DNA of 63,909 nt, counting the filler, from Octopus bimaculoides (taxonomy: Eukaryota): assembly GCF_001194135.2 (NCBI RefSeq). It is 5 parts of 5 records of this genome, joined end to end, with 100 filler letters (N's around TTAATTAATTAA, not from the genome) between each part and the next. Parts side by side here need not be neighbours in the genome. Positions count along the whole stretch, not along the records: positions 1 to 25,560 come from NC_068998.1; 4 more parts are not named here. One strand, written 5' to 3'. Below, one piece after another: positions 1 to 11,150 of this stretch. Every line of letters starts with the position of its first letter. The stretch's first letter is position 1. A program made the position numbers and the translations under genes. The notes beneath the pieces are model-generated. The model was given only the letters and a program-made list of their open reading frames with translations, was not told the origin of the DNA and ran no database searches.

Positions 1-579
1 GGGCAGAGAATCGTCAATTAATAATAGAATTAATAACTAACAATTCTGCCAAGTAGTTCAGTATGAAAAAAACCTTTATCGGTAAAACTATTTATCATTA
101 TAAATATACAGGGATTAGCAATTGAGTTGCTTCTCCAACATACTGAAAATTTAGAAATAGCAGTCAAAGAACTACTGATTCCAAACTACAAATTTTTCTC
201 TAAAATGGATGGCGATATTTATGGCACACATAGAACAAAAAACCGGAGGGAAAAGCGTAAACAAACCAAGCCTTTAGTTAATTGGATACGAATAGTTTCA
301 TGGTTAAGTGAATGGAAAATTTCACTACTCCAATCTTCAGCGTCAATATTCTGATAAATTTGAAAGTGTCTCTAAAAAAATTCACGGTAATTTTTGGCCA
401 TGCGACACCAAAAATCAACGATAAGAAAGGCACTTACGAATTCATCGGCTAGCGAGTTCAGGTTACGGTTTAGCCATCTAACTTAGAGATATCAAATATA
501 AAATATACAAGAATAAGGGCAGAGAATCGTCAATTAATAATAGAATTAATAACTAACAATTCTGCCAAGTAGTTCAGTA
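1..579. repeat. 63-bp exact direct repeat (1-63 and 517-579); the unit is an imperfect hairpin
   Basis: gggcagagaatcgtcaattaataatagaattaataactaacaattctgccaagtagttcagta occurs twice, 516 bp apart. The first copy may extend beyond the window start. Confidence 0.9.
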
Positions 580-676
580 ACCAGTTCGACACGGGACTTT
601 TTTTCATACAGGACTATTTGTGACGCACATGGAATGGATTTCTTTGGGGTGAGATGCCTGAACTCGCTAGCCGATG
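443..676. repeat. 20-bp perfect inverted repeat (443-462 / 657-676) enclosing the second direct-repeat copy
   Basis: catcggctagcgagttcagg versus cctgaactcgctagccgatg. Confidence 0.85.
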
Positions 677-939
677 TGATGTTTAATTACATCTCTCTAT
701 ATTTTGTCTTCAAATATGCCACTCAGATCAATTACGCTTTATTTTCTTCGTTCCGAGATCAATCAATAAGTTCAAGTCAAAGCAGCGTAGTCGATATGAT
801 CAGCTGTTTCTTTCTCCCAAATACGAGACCTTTTGCCTCTGTAAGTAATCTACATTACCGTTTATATACCCATAGGGATAGAAATGCACGCACACACACG
901 CACATATGTATGAATATGAGTGTCTATGTTTATTGAAAT

Positions 940-1680
940 ATTAGTTTTCTTTAATGTTTTGGTAATTTTCTTAGAGAGGAGTCGTTTGTGCGAGGTAGTA
1001 TTTCTATTGTTAATGTTCTTTGTTTTATCGACAAGAACGTGTATATTAGGGGATTGTTAGAAGTGTGCCACGTAATTGTTTTAAAAATTGAGCACTGCTG
1101 ACATCTTAGCATTTTGATGGTGTTTATCAAATCAGCTTCGAACTGGTCGAATCCTTTTATCTGGGACGGGTGTTTTCATGATTTGAAGTCGCATTTAAAT
1201 GCGAGTGTGAGAGGCAGTTTGCTTTGCAAAGCAGTCTCTCCAGCATGTGCAGTTGATCACGCTTTCTGTATTCTCAATGGGATCTGTTAAGAAACAGAGC
1301 TTCCTTGGTGACAAATAGATATTCTTCAGCGTATATAAAGCGTTTATATCTTCATACTTGACTGTTATAACTTAATATCGATGATACTTGACAACGAATT
1401 AGAGTAGTTACACAGGTTGGTGGGGGAAAACGAAACAGTAGTGCTCAATACTTATAGCGTGACTTAAAAGTATTTATCAACACGTTGACTCAGTGCAACA
1501 CTATTGAAGTTTCGGCGGGCTAGTTAAACGTCCAAATCGTCAGATATGTGGGTCAAACTAAAGAGAATTAAAGATAATTTCCAGCTGAAAATGTTTGGAA
1601 GCCCCCTTAGTCAGTTCAGATCAAGTGAATGAACAGATTGGAAAAAAACAGTGTCAGCAAAAATTTAATTTATGTTTCCA
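940..1680 (-). mobile_element. Decayed Penelope-like element: 5' region with hammerhead motif and RT N-terminal coding relic
   Basis: Minus-strand translation of ~1200-945 gives FKS*KHPSQIKGFDQFEADLINTIKMLR...SPNIHVLVDKTKNI...LLSKKITKNIK. This matches the PLE RT N-terminal pattern FKS.K.P..I.E...FE.DL...I ... V.ADKT.N.Y...LL...IT..YK. Stops and indels are present. Confidence 0.7.
1481..1550 (-). ncRNA. Degenerate type I hammerhead ribozyme
   Basis: On the minus strand: CUGACGA (1543-1537), GAAA (1513-1510), pairable stem III, GUC cleavage triplet (1489-1487) and stem I cacauau/aacgug. Stem II is partly broken. It lies upstream of the PLE RT relic. Confidence 0.6.
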
Positions 1681-1931
1681 CGAAGCAGGGGGGACATTCT
1701 AGTGGTGACAGGTGGTCGACAACCTGTAGAACTTCACAACTCAGCATTGTAAAAATATAGTGAAAAGAATGGAAGCTGTTCAATTTGTTACAGTAACTGG
1801 TCCGTTGATGTTAGGTTACATAGAGGAAGATGAGGGTAGAAATAAAGATGAGGATAGCAAGATAAAGAAATTATTATTTTATTGTTGTTACTATTACTAT
1901 TACTATTACTATTATTATTATTATTATTATT

Positions 1932-2143
1932 AAGGCTGGCAGAATCGTTAACACGTTGAACAAAATCCGTAGCAGTATTTCGTCTGTTTTTACGTTCTGA
2001 ATTCAAATGCTACCGAAGTGGATTTTGCCTTTCATTCTTCGAGATTAATAAAATAAGTACAAGTTGAAGATTGGAGTTGATGCACTCGACTAGCCTCACT
2101 CCCCACTAAATTTCAAGCCTTGTGCCTACAGTAGAAACAATTA
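1932..2143 (+). mobile_element. SINE family A (tRNA-derived, ATT tail)
   Basis: Head (aaggc)tggcagaatcgtta with A box, B box ctgaattcaaat, shared core gactttgcctttcat...aagtac, 3' end ccttgtgcc..tagaaa then (ATT)n. The family is defined by more than 10 copies in the window. Confidence 0.8.
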
Positions 2144-2169
2144 TCCTTATTATTATTATTATTTATTCT

Positions 2170-2482
2170 TTTTATCTCAGGTTTTTTTTGTAACTTCTGG
2201 AGTCTTGCATGCATAGCGGGCTTGCTTGCCTGCAGCCTACGGTTCAATGCTATCGGTTCTTTTGAACTATCTGATACTTTCCTGGTTATTCTGGCCGTGC
2301 CAAGGAGGAAAACCTTTTGTAATAGTTCTACTGGGCACTCTATCCCGATTTCTTTTATATTCCTCTTGATGCCTTTTGATACTGACCCCAAGGAACCAAC
2401 AATAATTGGCACTGTCTTCACCTGCTTCATTTTCTGTAGCCGGGCTATTTTGTACTTAAGAGGATTGTTTATATCTATTTTT
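2170..2482 (-). mobile_element. 3' fragment of R4/Dong-like RLE LINE
   Basis: C-terminal PLKYKIARLQKMKQVKTVPIIVGSLGSVSKG...LQKVFLLGTARITRKV, similar to the C-termini at 32930-33100 and 54961-55195. Followed by a 3' UTR and a (TAA)n tail. Confidence 0.75.
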
Positions 2483-2861
2483 TATATCATTATTATTGTT
2501 GTTGTTACTGTTGTTGTTGTCGTCGTCGCTGTTATCGTTGTTGTTCTTGTTCCTATTCTTGTAGTCGGCACAGTTCAAGTCTTTGTATGGATTTTCTCAG
2601 ATTGGTAACAGGTGATTGTCTTGATTTTTTGAGTATATATACATACACAAATATTCACATAGACTTATATACACGTTATTATTTAGTTATTTGTTTCACA
2701 TGAATCCATTTCTCATCTTCCAGTCGTAACACAAAACTTCTCAGGCTTTTGTACTCTGTCCTTTGTGCTGTCTCAACTCACCACCATTGTGGGATTCATT
2801 ATCATCATCATCATCGTCATTATCAACAATGCCATCATCATCTATTGCTATTGTCATTATT

Positions 2862-3000
2862 AAGGCGGCGAGCTGACAGAAAACTTTGCTTTTCATCTTC
2901 TTAGGGTCGATAAAGAAAGTACCAGTTGATTACTGGCGTCGATGTAATCGGCCTATCCCCTCCCCAAAATTGCTGGGTTTGTGCCATAATTTAAAACCAT
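2862..3000 (+). mobile_element. SINE family A, internally deleted
   Basis: aaggcggcgagctgacagaa joined directly to actttgcttttcatc...tttgtgcc, then (ATT)n. Confidence 0.8.
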
Positions 3001-3010
3001 TATTATTATT

Positions 3011-3091
<81 letters not shown>
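2999..3091. repeat. Compound (ATT)n/(ATC)n microsatellite
   Basis: Read directly from the sequence. Confidence 0.95.
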
Positions 3092-3092
<1 letters not shown>

Positions 3093-3093
<1 letters not shown>

Positions 3094-3306
3094 AGCGGCG
3101 AGCTAGCAGAGTCGTTAGCACGCCGGGCGAAATGCTTCGCGGCATTTTGTCCGTCTTTACACTCTGAGTTCAAATTCCACCGAGGTTGACTTTGCCTTTC
3201 ATCTTTTCGATAAATTAAGTACCAGGGAAACACTAGGGTCGATGTAATCGACTGCACCCAACTGGTCCCCCAAAATCTAGACCTTGTGCCTACAATAGAA
3301 AGAATT
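3093..3306 (+). mobile_element. SINE family A, full length
   Basis: ggcgagctagcagagtcgttagcacgccgggcgaaatgc, B box gagttcaaattcc, 3' ccttgtgcctacaatagaaagaatt(att)n. Confidence 0.85.
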
Positions 3307-3432
3307 ATTATTATTATTATAATTATTATCATCATCATCATCATCATTATTATTATTATTATTATTATTTTTGACAACGCAAAATCTTCATTTGCTTATA
3401 CGTTTGTGTTTTACATTTCCTTTTCTTCATAG

Positions 3433-3889
3433 GCGAAACGTGTGCAGAAGAGATTATCGAAACACCCGAAAAAGAATCAAACAAGACAGAACGTGTTAAA
3501 GATGTACGCTTACCCACCTCAATTATACCCATTGTGTACGATGTAGAACTTCAGCCTTACATCTATGAAGGACCACCTGAGAATTTCACTTTCGATGGTT
3601 ACGTTAATATTAACATGAAGTGCTTGACTAACTGCACCAACATCACTTTGCACAGTCACTTGTTAAATATCAACGAAAGCTCGGTAGATTTATCGTCAAC
3701 AAATAATGCCAACGTACCGCAGGTCAAAGGCTTGGTCTTTGACAAAAAACGTCAGTTCCTCATCTTTAATCTCAGTGAGCCCTTGGAAAATGGGCAGGAA
3801 TACAATATACGAATGAATTTCACAGGGAAGCTTCGAGATGATTTAAATGGACTTTATCGAAGTTCGTATAAGCGAGGAAATAAAACTAT
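3433..3889 (+). CDS. Internal coding exon of an M1-family aminopeptidase N-like (ANPEP-like) ectopeptidase: stalk plus start of the N-terminal beta domain
   Basis: Pyrimidine-rich acceptor ...ttttcttcatAG at 3431-3432 and donor GTAAGT at 3890. Open frame ETCAEEIIETPEKESNKTERVKDVRLPTSIIPIVYDVELQPYIY...FTFDGYVNI...NITLHSHLLNI...RQFLIFNLSEPLENGQEYNIRMNFTGKLRDDLNGLYRSSYKRGNKT. It carries the M1 hallmarks RLP..I.P..Y, F.F.G.V.I, I.LH and F.G.L...L.G.YRSSY, and 8 N-glycosylation sequons. Phase 1 in, phase 2 out. The track ORF starting at 3534 is a sub-part. Exact paralogue not determinable. Confidence 0.93.
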
Positions 3890-4290
3890 GTAAGTTGCTG
3901 ATGATTTTTTATGCGTTCATCATGAAAGAAAGGGATGTCTGTCATCTGTGAATGTCCATATTGGTGACTTTGCTAAATTTCAATCGGGTTTCTTCTAACC
4001 CTTTGCTTGTCGAAATCATTTTCATAAGTTTGTCCTAAGCATCCATATATTTGTTTTCAGACTTTTAGTTAACTCTTGTTATGAGTATAAAGCTTTTTTG
4101 TTTTTCATAAGTCGCAAGTTTCATTAGGGGGGGGCTGAGAAAAATTGAAAACGTGTATCATATATGATGCATGAATGCCAGAGAAATATGTTTCACGCAT
4201 CAGATGTGATACACAGACAGGCAAAGAGTTAAATGTGAAGCGTTGTATTTAGCTTACTGATGACAGTACATTTTATTCTTTAGACAGAAT

Positions 4291-4614
4291 GGAGGCGCGT
4301 GGCTTAGTGGTGAGGGGCATTCGGCTCACAATAGTAAGATCGTGAGTTCGATTCCCGGTGGTGCGTTGTATCTCTTGAGCAAGACATTTTATTTCACGTT
4401 GCTCTAGTCCACTCAGTTGGCAAAAATCAGTAGTACCTGTTATTCAAAGGCCAGCCTTGTCATTTACTGTGTCACACTTGATCTCTCTGAGAACTACGTT
4501 AAGGTTATGCATGTCTGTGGAATGCTCAGCCATTCGCACGTCAATTTCACGAGCAAGTTGTTCCATTAATCGGATCAACTGGAACCCTCGTCTTTGCAAC
4601 TGACGGAATGCCAG
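4291..4614 (+). mobile_element. SINE family C (tRNA-derived head)
   Basis: A box tggcttagtgg, B box gagttcgattcc. Body ttcaaagg.cagccttgtca...gagaactacgttaagg is shared with 5028-5312 and 11293-11395. Confidence 0.8.
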
Positions 4615-5027
4615 GTTAAACATAACATAACATCGCTTGAAAATGTATCAGTAAGATGACTTCTACCGAATCGCTCGTCCTTCCAGAATATAGAATATTT
4701 TCAAGAAAGGATGAAAATTGTCTTTAGTTCGCGAAAGTCTGAATTAAATAGAAATTTAAATTAATATTTGATGAGGTTACATCGATTCAAACTAAAGTAC
4801 TTGGAATTTAACAATAGATGGGAGTGTGGAAATAGAACATGGATTATAAGTCTTATGCTTTCGGGAGTTGATAGACAGGAAATATTTATAATCTTAGCAC
4901 ATTGTAATGCAACACAGGAATGTAACGACTTCGGTGTTTTGAAATTGTTAGAAAAGATCGAGTTTGTTTAATTTAAGCTAAACTTTGTGATTTAAAGGGA
5001 TTTACTGGTAGTAATGTTACTCTCCTT

Positions 5028-5312
5028 GGAAGCGCAATGGTCCAGTGGTTAGGGCAGCAGAGTCGCGGTCATAGGATTGCGGTTTCGATTCCCAGACCGG
5101 GCGTTGTGAGTGTTTATTGAGCGAAAACACCTAAAGCTCTACGTGGCTCCAGCAGGGGGAGGTGGCGAACCCTGCTGTACTCTTTCACCACAACTTTCTC
5201 TCACTCTTACATCCTGTTTCTGTTATGCCTGTAATTCAAAGGGTCAGCCTTGTCACGCTGAATATCCCCGAGAACTACGTTAAGGGTATACGTGTCTGTG
5301 GAGTGCTCAGCC
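5028..5312 (+). mobile_element. SINE family C variant (runs into gap)
   Basis: tggtccagtggttagggcagc head, B box ggtttcgattcc, shared 3' body. Confidence 0.8.
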
Positions 5313-6983
5313 NNNNNNNNNNNNNNNNNNNNNNNNNNNNNNNNNNNNNNNNNNNNNNNNNNNNNNNNNNNNNNNNNNNNNNNNNNNNNNNNNNNNNNNN
5401 NNNNNNNNNNNNNNNNNNNNNNNNNNNNNNNNNNNNNNNNNNNNNNNNNNNNNNNNNNNNNNNNNNNNNNNNNNNNNNNNNNNNNNNNNNNNNNNNNNNN
5501 NNNNNNNNNNNNNNNNNNNNNNNNNNNNNNNNNNNNNNNNNNNNNNNNNNNNNNNNNNNNNNNNNNNNNNNNNNNNNNNNNNNNNNNNNNNNNNNNNNNN
5601 NNNNNNNNNNNNNNNNNNNNNNNNNNNNNNNNNNNNNNNNNNNNNNNNNNNNNNNNNNNNNNNNNNNNNNNNNNNNNNNNNNNNNNNNNNNNNNNNNNNN
5701 NNNNNNNNNNNNNNNNNNNNNNNNNNNNNNNNNNNNNNNNNNNNNNNNNNNNNNNNNNNNNNNNNNNNNNNNNNNNNNNNNNNNNNNNNNNNNNNNNNNN
5801 NNNNNNNNNNNNNNNNNNNNNNNNNNNNNNNNNNNNNNNNNNNNNNNNNNNNNNNNNNNNNNNNNNNNNNNNNNNNNNNNNNNNNNNNNNNNNNNNNNNN
5901 NNNNNNNNNNNNNNNNNNNNNNNNNNNNNNNNNNNNNNNNNNNNNNNNNNNNNNNNNNNNNNNNNNNNNNNNNNNNNNNNNNNNNNNNNNNNNNNNNNNN
6001 NNNNNNNNNNNNNNNNNNNNNNNNNNNNNNNNNNNNNNNNNNNNNNNNNNNNNNNNNNNNNNNNNNNNNNNNNNNNNNNNNNNNNNNNNNNNNNNNNNNN
6101 NNNNNNNNNNNNNNNNNNNNNNNNNNNNNNNNNNNNNNNNNNNNNNNNNNNNNNNNNNNNNNNNNNNNNNNNNNNNNNNNNNNNNNNNNNNNNNNNNNNN
6201 NNNNNNNNNNNNNNNNNNNNNNNNNNNNNNNNNNNNNNNNNNNNNNNNNNNNNNNNNNNNNNNNNNNNNNNNNNNNNNNNNNNNNNNNNNNNNNNNNNNN
6301 NNNNNNNNCTCTCTCTCTCTCTCCCTCCCTCTTATGGAATTGCCGACGTAAACTAGCAAAACAAGGAACGTTCATATCTCACCCCTGCCAGTTCTTTCAC
6401 TATCACTCTGTAAAAATATGAAACAAAAATTAATGAAACAAAATATAATATAAGAAAAAATACCAGAGAAAGTAGAACCAATTACAATGCATGCTCTAAG
6501 TTTTTTTGACGTGTAATATCGAGTCAACTTCAAGCTAGAATAGAAGGCAATTTTGAAGGTGGAAACTTGAAAGCTAATGAAATACGACACAAAAATAGAA
6601 ATTAAGGTCAAATCGTAAAAACTTTGTGTTAGGGTTACATGATTGATCTGAACTATGGAAGTGAGAAAGCAATCAATCATTCAAATATTTCATCGACACG
6701 CCAATTCCATATCTATCACCATCTGTTTGCTAGATGCTTTATTGTTATGGCACTGCATTTTCTGGTGTATAAGACGCGTTTTTTTTTTTATTCTTGCACT
6801 TTTAAATGCTTCCAAACATTGCCCGGTATCTAATGCAGCCGTATAACGGATGGGAGACCAAGTGTTTTAGGATAGGGAGTCGAATAAGTATAAGTCCGTT
6901 CAACACAATAACTGACACAAGATCATGAATTTTTTCCCAGCAAAACCATTTTAAAATATGTTTTAATAAGTGTAAGATGAAAT

Positions 6984-7195
6984 AAGGCGGCGAGCTGGTG
7001 GAATGTACGTTCGGAGTTCAAATCCACCGGGGCCAACTTTGCTTTCACCCCTTTCGGTAGGGCGAGGGTCGATAAAATGAGTACCAGTTGACCGCTGGGG
7101 TCGATGTAACCGACTTAGCCTTCCCCCCTACACACACATACACACACACGCACCAGAAAAAAACTGCTGGCATTGTGCCAAAATTTGAAAGCAAT
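6984..7195 (+). mobile_element. SINE family A, internally deleted
   Basis: aaggcggcgagctgg head, gagttcaaatcc, gggtcgataaaatgagtaccagtt, ttgtgccaaaatttgaaa. Confidence 0.8.
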
Positions 7196-7329
7196 AAGTG
7201 TATAACAAAACAAGTTAAATTTGTTGTTCGTTGTTTTGTTTTTTCACAAAACATACTTGCAAAAGAGAAGCGTGTCTCATGTGAAAGTACTACTTATAAA
7301 CCAGTAAACACGGCTATTTAAAACAGTGA

Positions 7330-7990
7330 TCAAATCTTCCTTAAACCACTCCCTGCTGTGATAGAAAATGTGGGAGTGCATACTGGATTATTTAGTCAAG
7401 AATCTACGAAAAGTTGTGATGGTCTCGATAGGAACGCTTTCGATCACATCTTTTTAATCAGCGCTGGTCGAAACCTAAAGAACCACCTCATCAGTCAGAT
7501 GTAAACGAAGGGATCTCAACGTTGTTGTATGCTAGAAATAGCAACCAAGTCTCTATCAAATATTCCCATTTTTTTTATACATATATAGTAGGATATTGGA
7601 TAATGTAGTCTTAGATAGACTGGATGAATGAAAAATGGAATGGTCATAGCTGGAGCGCCTTCGATCATTGTTTTTTTCCGTTTTTATCAACCTAGGATTG
7701 AATAATAATAGGCAAATAATATGAACATGGAATAGGTATAATTCAGTTTAAGCAACAGGAACACCATGGGATAAATGTGCGTGTTGCTGTTGTTTAGACC
7801 CAGGTCAGCCCTCGTAAAGAAGACTTATGGCCAAAAGAAGTTCCAGCCATGGCCATCCAGGTTTTTTTTTCCGCTAGCGTATTTGAGATCATCTGAAGTT
7901 ATCAGCCTAGACTTTGGCAGGGTGACATTTCTTCGGGTTAGATATACTAAGAGAAACGGGGGAGTTAAGACTTTTGCGGTGCCATATGCC
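7330..7990. repeat. Dispersed repeat relics with the motif gatggtcat(g/a)gctggaacgc..tt(c/t)gatca in both orientations
   Basis: Related motifs at ~7397-7447 and ~7640-7670, reverse complement at ~7838-7857. ctagaaatagca.cca segments recur near 49392. Confidence 0.45.
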
Positions 7991-8064
7991 CGTGGACATA
8001 TGGTGTAGTGGTTAAATATAGAATTGTATCAATATTATTGTTTTTTTTTCTGTTTTTCATTATT

Positions 8065-8200
8065 GCATCTCGTCCGTCTTTCCTTTCTGAGTTCAAATTC
8101 CGCCGAGGTCGACTTTGCCTTTCGTCCTTTTGGAGTCTATGAAATCGAATAGATCCCTGCTACAAAAATTTTAGGTCTTGTGCCTATTGTAGAAAAATTG
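8065..8200 (+). mobile_element. SINE family A, 5'-truncated
   Basis: tctgagttcaaattccgccgaggtcgactttgcctttc...gtcttgtgcctattgtagaa. Confidence 0.75.
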
Positions 8201-8547
8201 TTGTTATCATTACTATTTTTTGTTTAAATTTTCGCAATAAATATGCATAACTAACTATATAAATTATAGCCACTGTGATTTGGGGTAACGCTTCTCCAAT
8301 TGGAGCAGACTCGGCTATCGTTTTTAAGGTTATCCCTACAGTTTTTCTATAGAAATTATAGCTAGCACCGATTTATTACGACGTTTCGTATCCGAATACG
8401 TTTAATGTAAACAATGCGATCGAAGATGGAAAATAGGTAGTGGTTGTATATGCATATTTCAAGAGTTATTGTCCTTTCTTCAGCACCACAGCCAACCCAT
8501 TAACCATCCACGCACTTATTGCTTAAATAGCTACTAAATATAGCAGT

Positions 8548-8761
8548 GTAACACTTTGGCATTTGAATCGGCCATATCCGGCCAAAATATTCTACCTGTT
8601 TTATGTTCAAGCTGGTCACACAAACCCAACAATATCATTCTAAAAACTAACAGTTACCTCATCAATGTATCAAAGCTACAAGATAATGCATGATTAATTC
8701 AAAACAATTTGAGTAAATAAGCAATACATTTGACAGTATAATGTAGATGCAAATGGGTTAA
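8548..8761. mobile_element. piggyBac-like MITE
   Basis: Left end (g)taacactttggcattt and right end gatgcaaatgggTTAA form degenerate TIRs with a TTAA-type target. About 210 bp, non-coding. Confidence 0.5.
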
Positions 8762-9287
8762 GAGAACACATTGAGGTGAGAGTTTTTCACGTTATGCCCA
8801 CAATCGCTAGTGTATCCTTTTGCAACACAAGCAACAAGACAGAGGCGAACTCGATGGCTTTTATGCGTTTAGTTTTTTTTTGTTTGTTTGTTTGTTTGTT
8901 TTTTTTGTTTTGTTTTTTTGGCAAGCCAACACACCAAATATATGATAGAGATAATAATATGTATCTATTTCAACGAAAGAGCGTCGAAAGAGAAACGGAA
9001 GTGGTATATATTTGTACGTCCTGATTACAGCAAATGTCACAGCCTTATTTTTATCATAGATAGGATAAAAAAAAAAAGAATAGTAAAAGAATAGGATGCA
9101 AATTCACTGGCAAGTATCACAGGCAATCGCTCAGAAATAACCAACGTCATTATTAAAATTAGAAATTAGACGAACAATTGTTATTTCATACAGTCATGTC
9201 TCCCCCGTGGCGGCGAGATTATATGATTACGCTTCTCTATAATTATATATATATATACGTATGTATGCATGTGTGTATATATAATCA

Positions 9288-9333
<46 letters not shown>

Positions 9334-9335
9334 CA

Positions 9336-9371
<36 letters not shown>

Positions 9372-9718
9372 TGTATATATGTATGTATGTGTAGTCATGT
9401 ATATATGCATATATATATGTCTATGTGTGTATGCATAAATATATATGGTATACAATTATACTCATACATACACGCACATATATAGATGAATGGATGGATG
9501 GATACATAAATACAAGCACATATTTATATATACAGATTTATATATGCATAATATGTGTATGCATATGCGTGTGTATGTGTACATATGTGTGTGTGAGAGA
9601 GTGTACGGATAATACATACATTCATACATTAGTACATAATATGGTATCGAATACATCGGTATCAGAAGGCTATTCATTTTCCGTATTGTAATTACTATTC
9701 ACTAAAAACTATTATATA

Positions 9719-9790
<72 letters not shown>

Positions 9791-9792
<2 letters not shown>

Positions 9793-10090
9793 CCCCCCCC
9801 CCACCCGACACTACTTCAGAACTGGTGTTGATGTGAAGTAGCTGTATGCTGTCAACTTAATGTGACAGTCTCCTGAAGGGAATAATACTACTGTTGGTTA
9901 GACCTAGGAAGGTGTTGATGTGTTTATGTCGCTGTAACCTAGCTGTTCGGCAAAAGGGACAGATATAAGTGCCAGGCTTTAAAATAAATATGTCGATACA
10001 TACTGGAGTCGATACATTCGACCAAGTATTCTTCAAGGTGGTGCCCCAGCATGGCTGCAGTCTAATGACTGAAACAAGTAAAAGATAAAA
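9791..10090 (+). mobile_element. SINE family B 3' half with a 75-bp internal insertion
   Basis: ggtgttgatgtgtttatgtc...gttcggcaaaag...aaggtggtgccccagcatggctgcagtctaatgactgaaacaagtaaaagataaaag. Confidence 0.8.
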
Positions 10091-10329
10091 GCTGAAAGAT
10101 AGACCTGTAGAAGACTGTAAATAAGACGGTCATCAACAATGTACGATGACAACAATGACCGTCGCACTGAAATGAGTCTGTCAGCCATCAAAGGGACGAG
10201 TGGTAGCTACTTCTGAACAAACAGAAACGAGTGGAGAATATTTACAACTCAAAACGCAGCTCACAGCAACATTCAACCAATAATTCGCTATGTATATCAA
10301 TAAACAACTGCTTAAAATAACAACTATGA

Positions 10330-11150
10330 CATGAATCAATAGGAAACCCGCCGATTTGATGTGATGAACGATCGATCAAATTGCTAAGGAACATCTAGCA
10401 CAGATTGAGGCTCCCAAATATTGGATATTGAATATCTTACTACACTGTGTTGCAATTACCATCTGCCAACTGACAAGAGTTGCAGACATCGATCGCAAAG
10501 AGAAACTGTAACCAAAATAGATGGCCCGTCTCCAGACAAATGTCGACAGACTGAAAATATAGAATCATATACTATAATTAAGTACAGAGTAAATCACCAA
10601 CTGCGAATTTATGACAAACTAGCTAAGGTTTTCGGAAATTGATGACAGGAGATACTAACGAGTAAACTAATAGCCCTTTCATACAAACTGCAAGCGGTAA
10701 GAGCTTCGTTATCGTAAAAAAACTATTAGATCATAAGACTATCGATTGCAGCTTTGTATTAAACCCACAAGTAGTATATTGCAGTACAAAAGGCCATATC
10801 ATCAAAATCATTAAAAAAAAAACAGGGAATAAAGACGAGTAATATATGTGATATAAGATGGTTAAAGGAGCTACGGGGTGGGTTTTCTTTTAATCATAAG
10901 TACCTCCTTAAATATATCACAAGTAAAACACTCCTAACGGTTGTTGCCATACCAATGTGGAACATGTCACTCGCATCATCAGCAGTTGTCCAAAAATGGC
11001 TATAAATACATTTTTTCTCGTGAGACACGACATTGTTGCTAAAACCATCGACAAGGTTATTTGCCGGAAGAATTGTCCTGATGGCCGTACAAAAGGCACA
11101 ACAGAACCAGGATGTATCCATATATATGGAAGAGTAGTTAAAAACACCGC
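10330..11150 (+). mobile_element. Heavily deleted R4/Dong-like RLE LINE relic
   Basis: KLIALSYKLQAVRASLS...DHK (~10660-10780) resembles the pre-RT segment at ~30690-30790. A frameshifted CCHC knuckle CRLCHTNVEHVTRIISSCPKMA...RHDIVAK lies at ~10940-11045. Confidence 0.6.

Noticed and set aside
7430-7500. Hammerhead-like CTGATGA...GAAA on the minus strand
   Set aside because: No stem II closes onto GAAA and no matching stem I/III with an NUH triplet was found.
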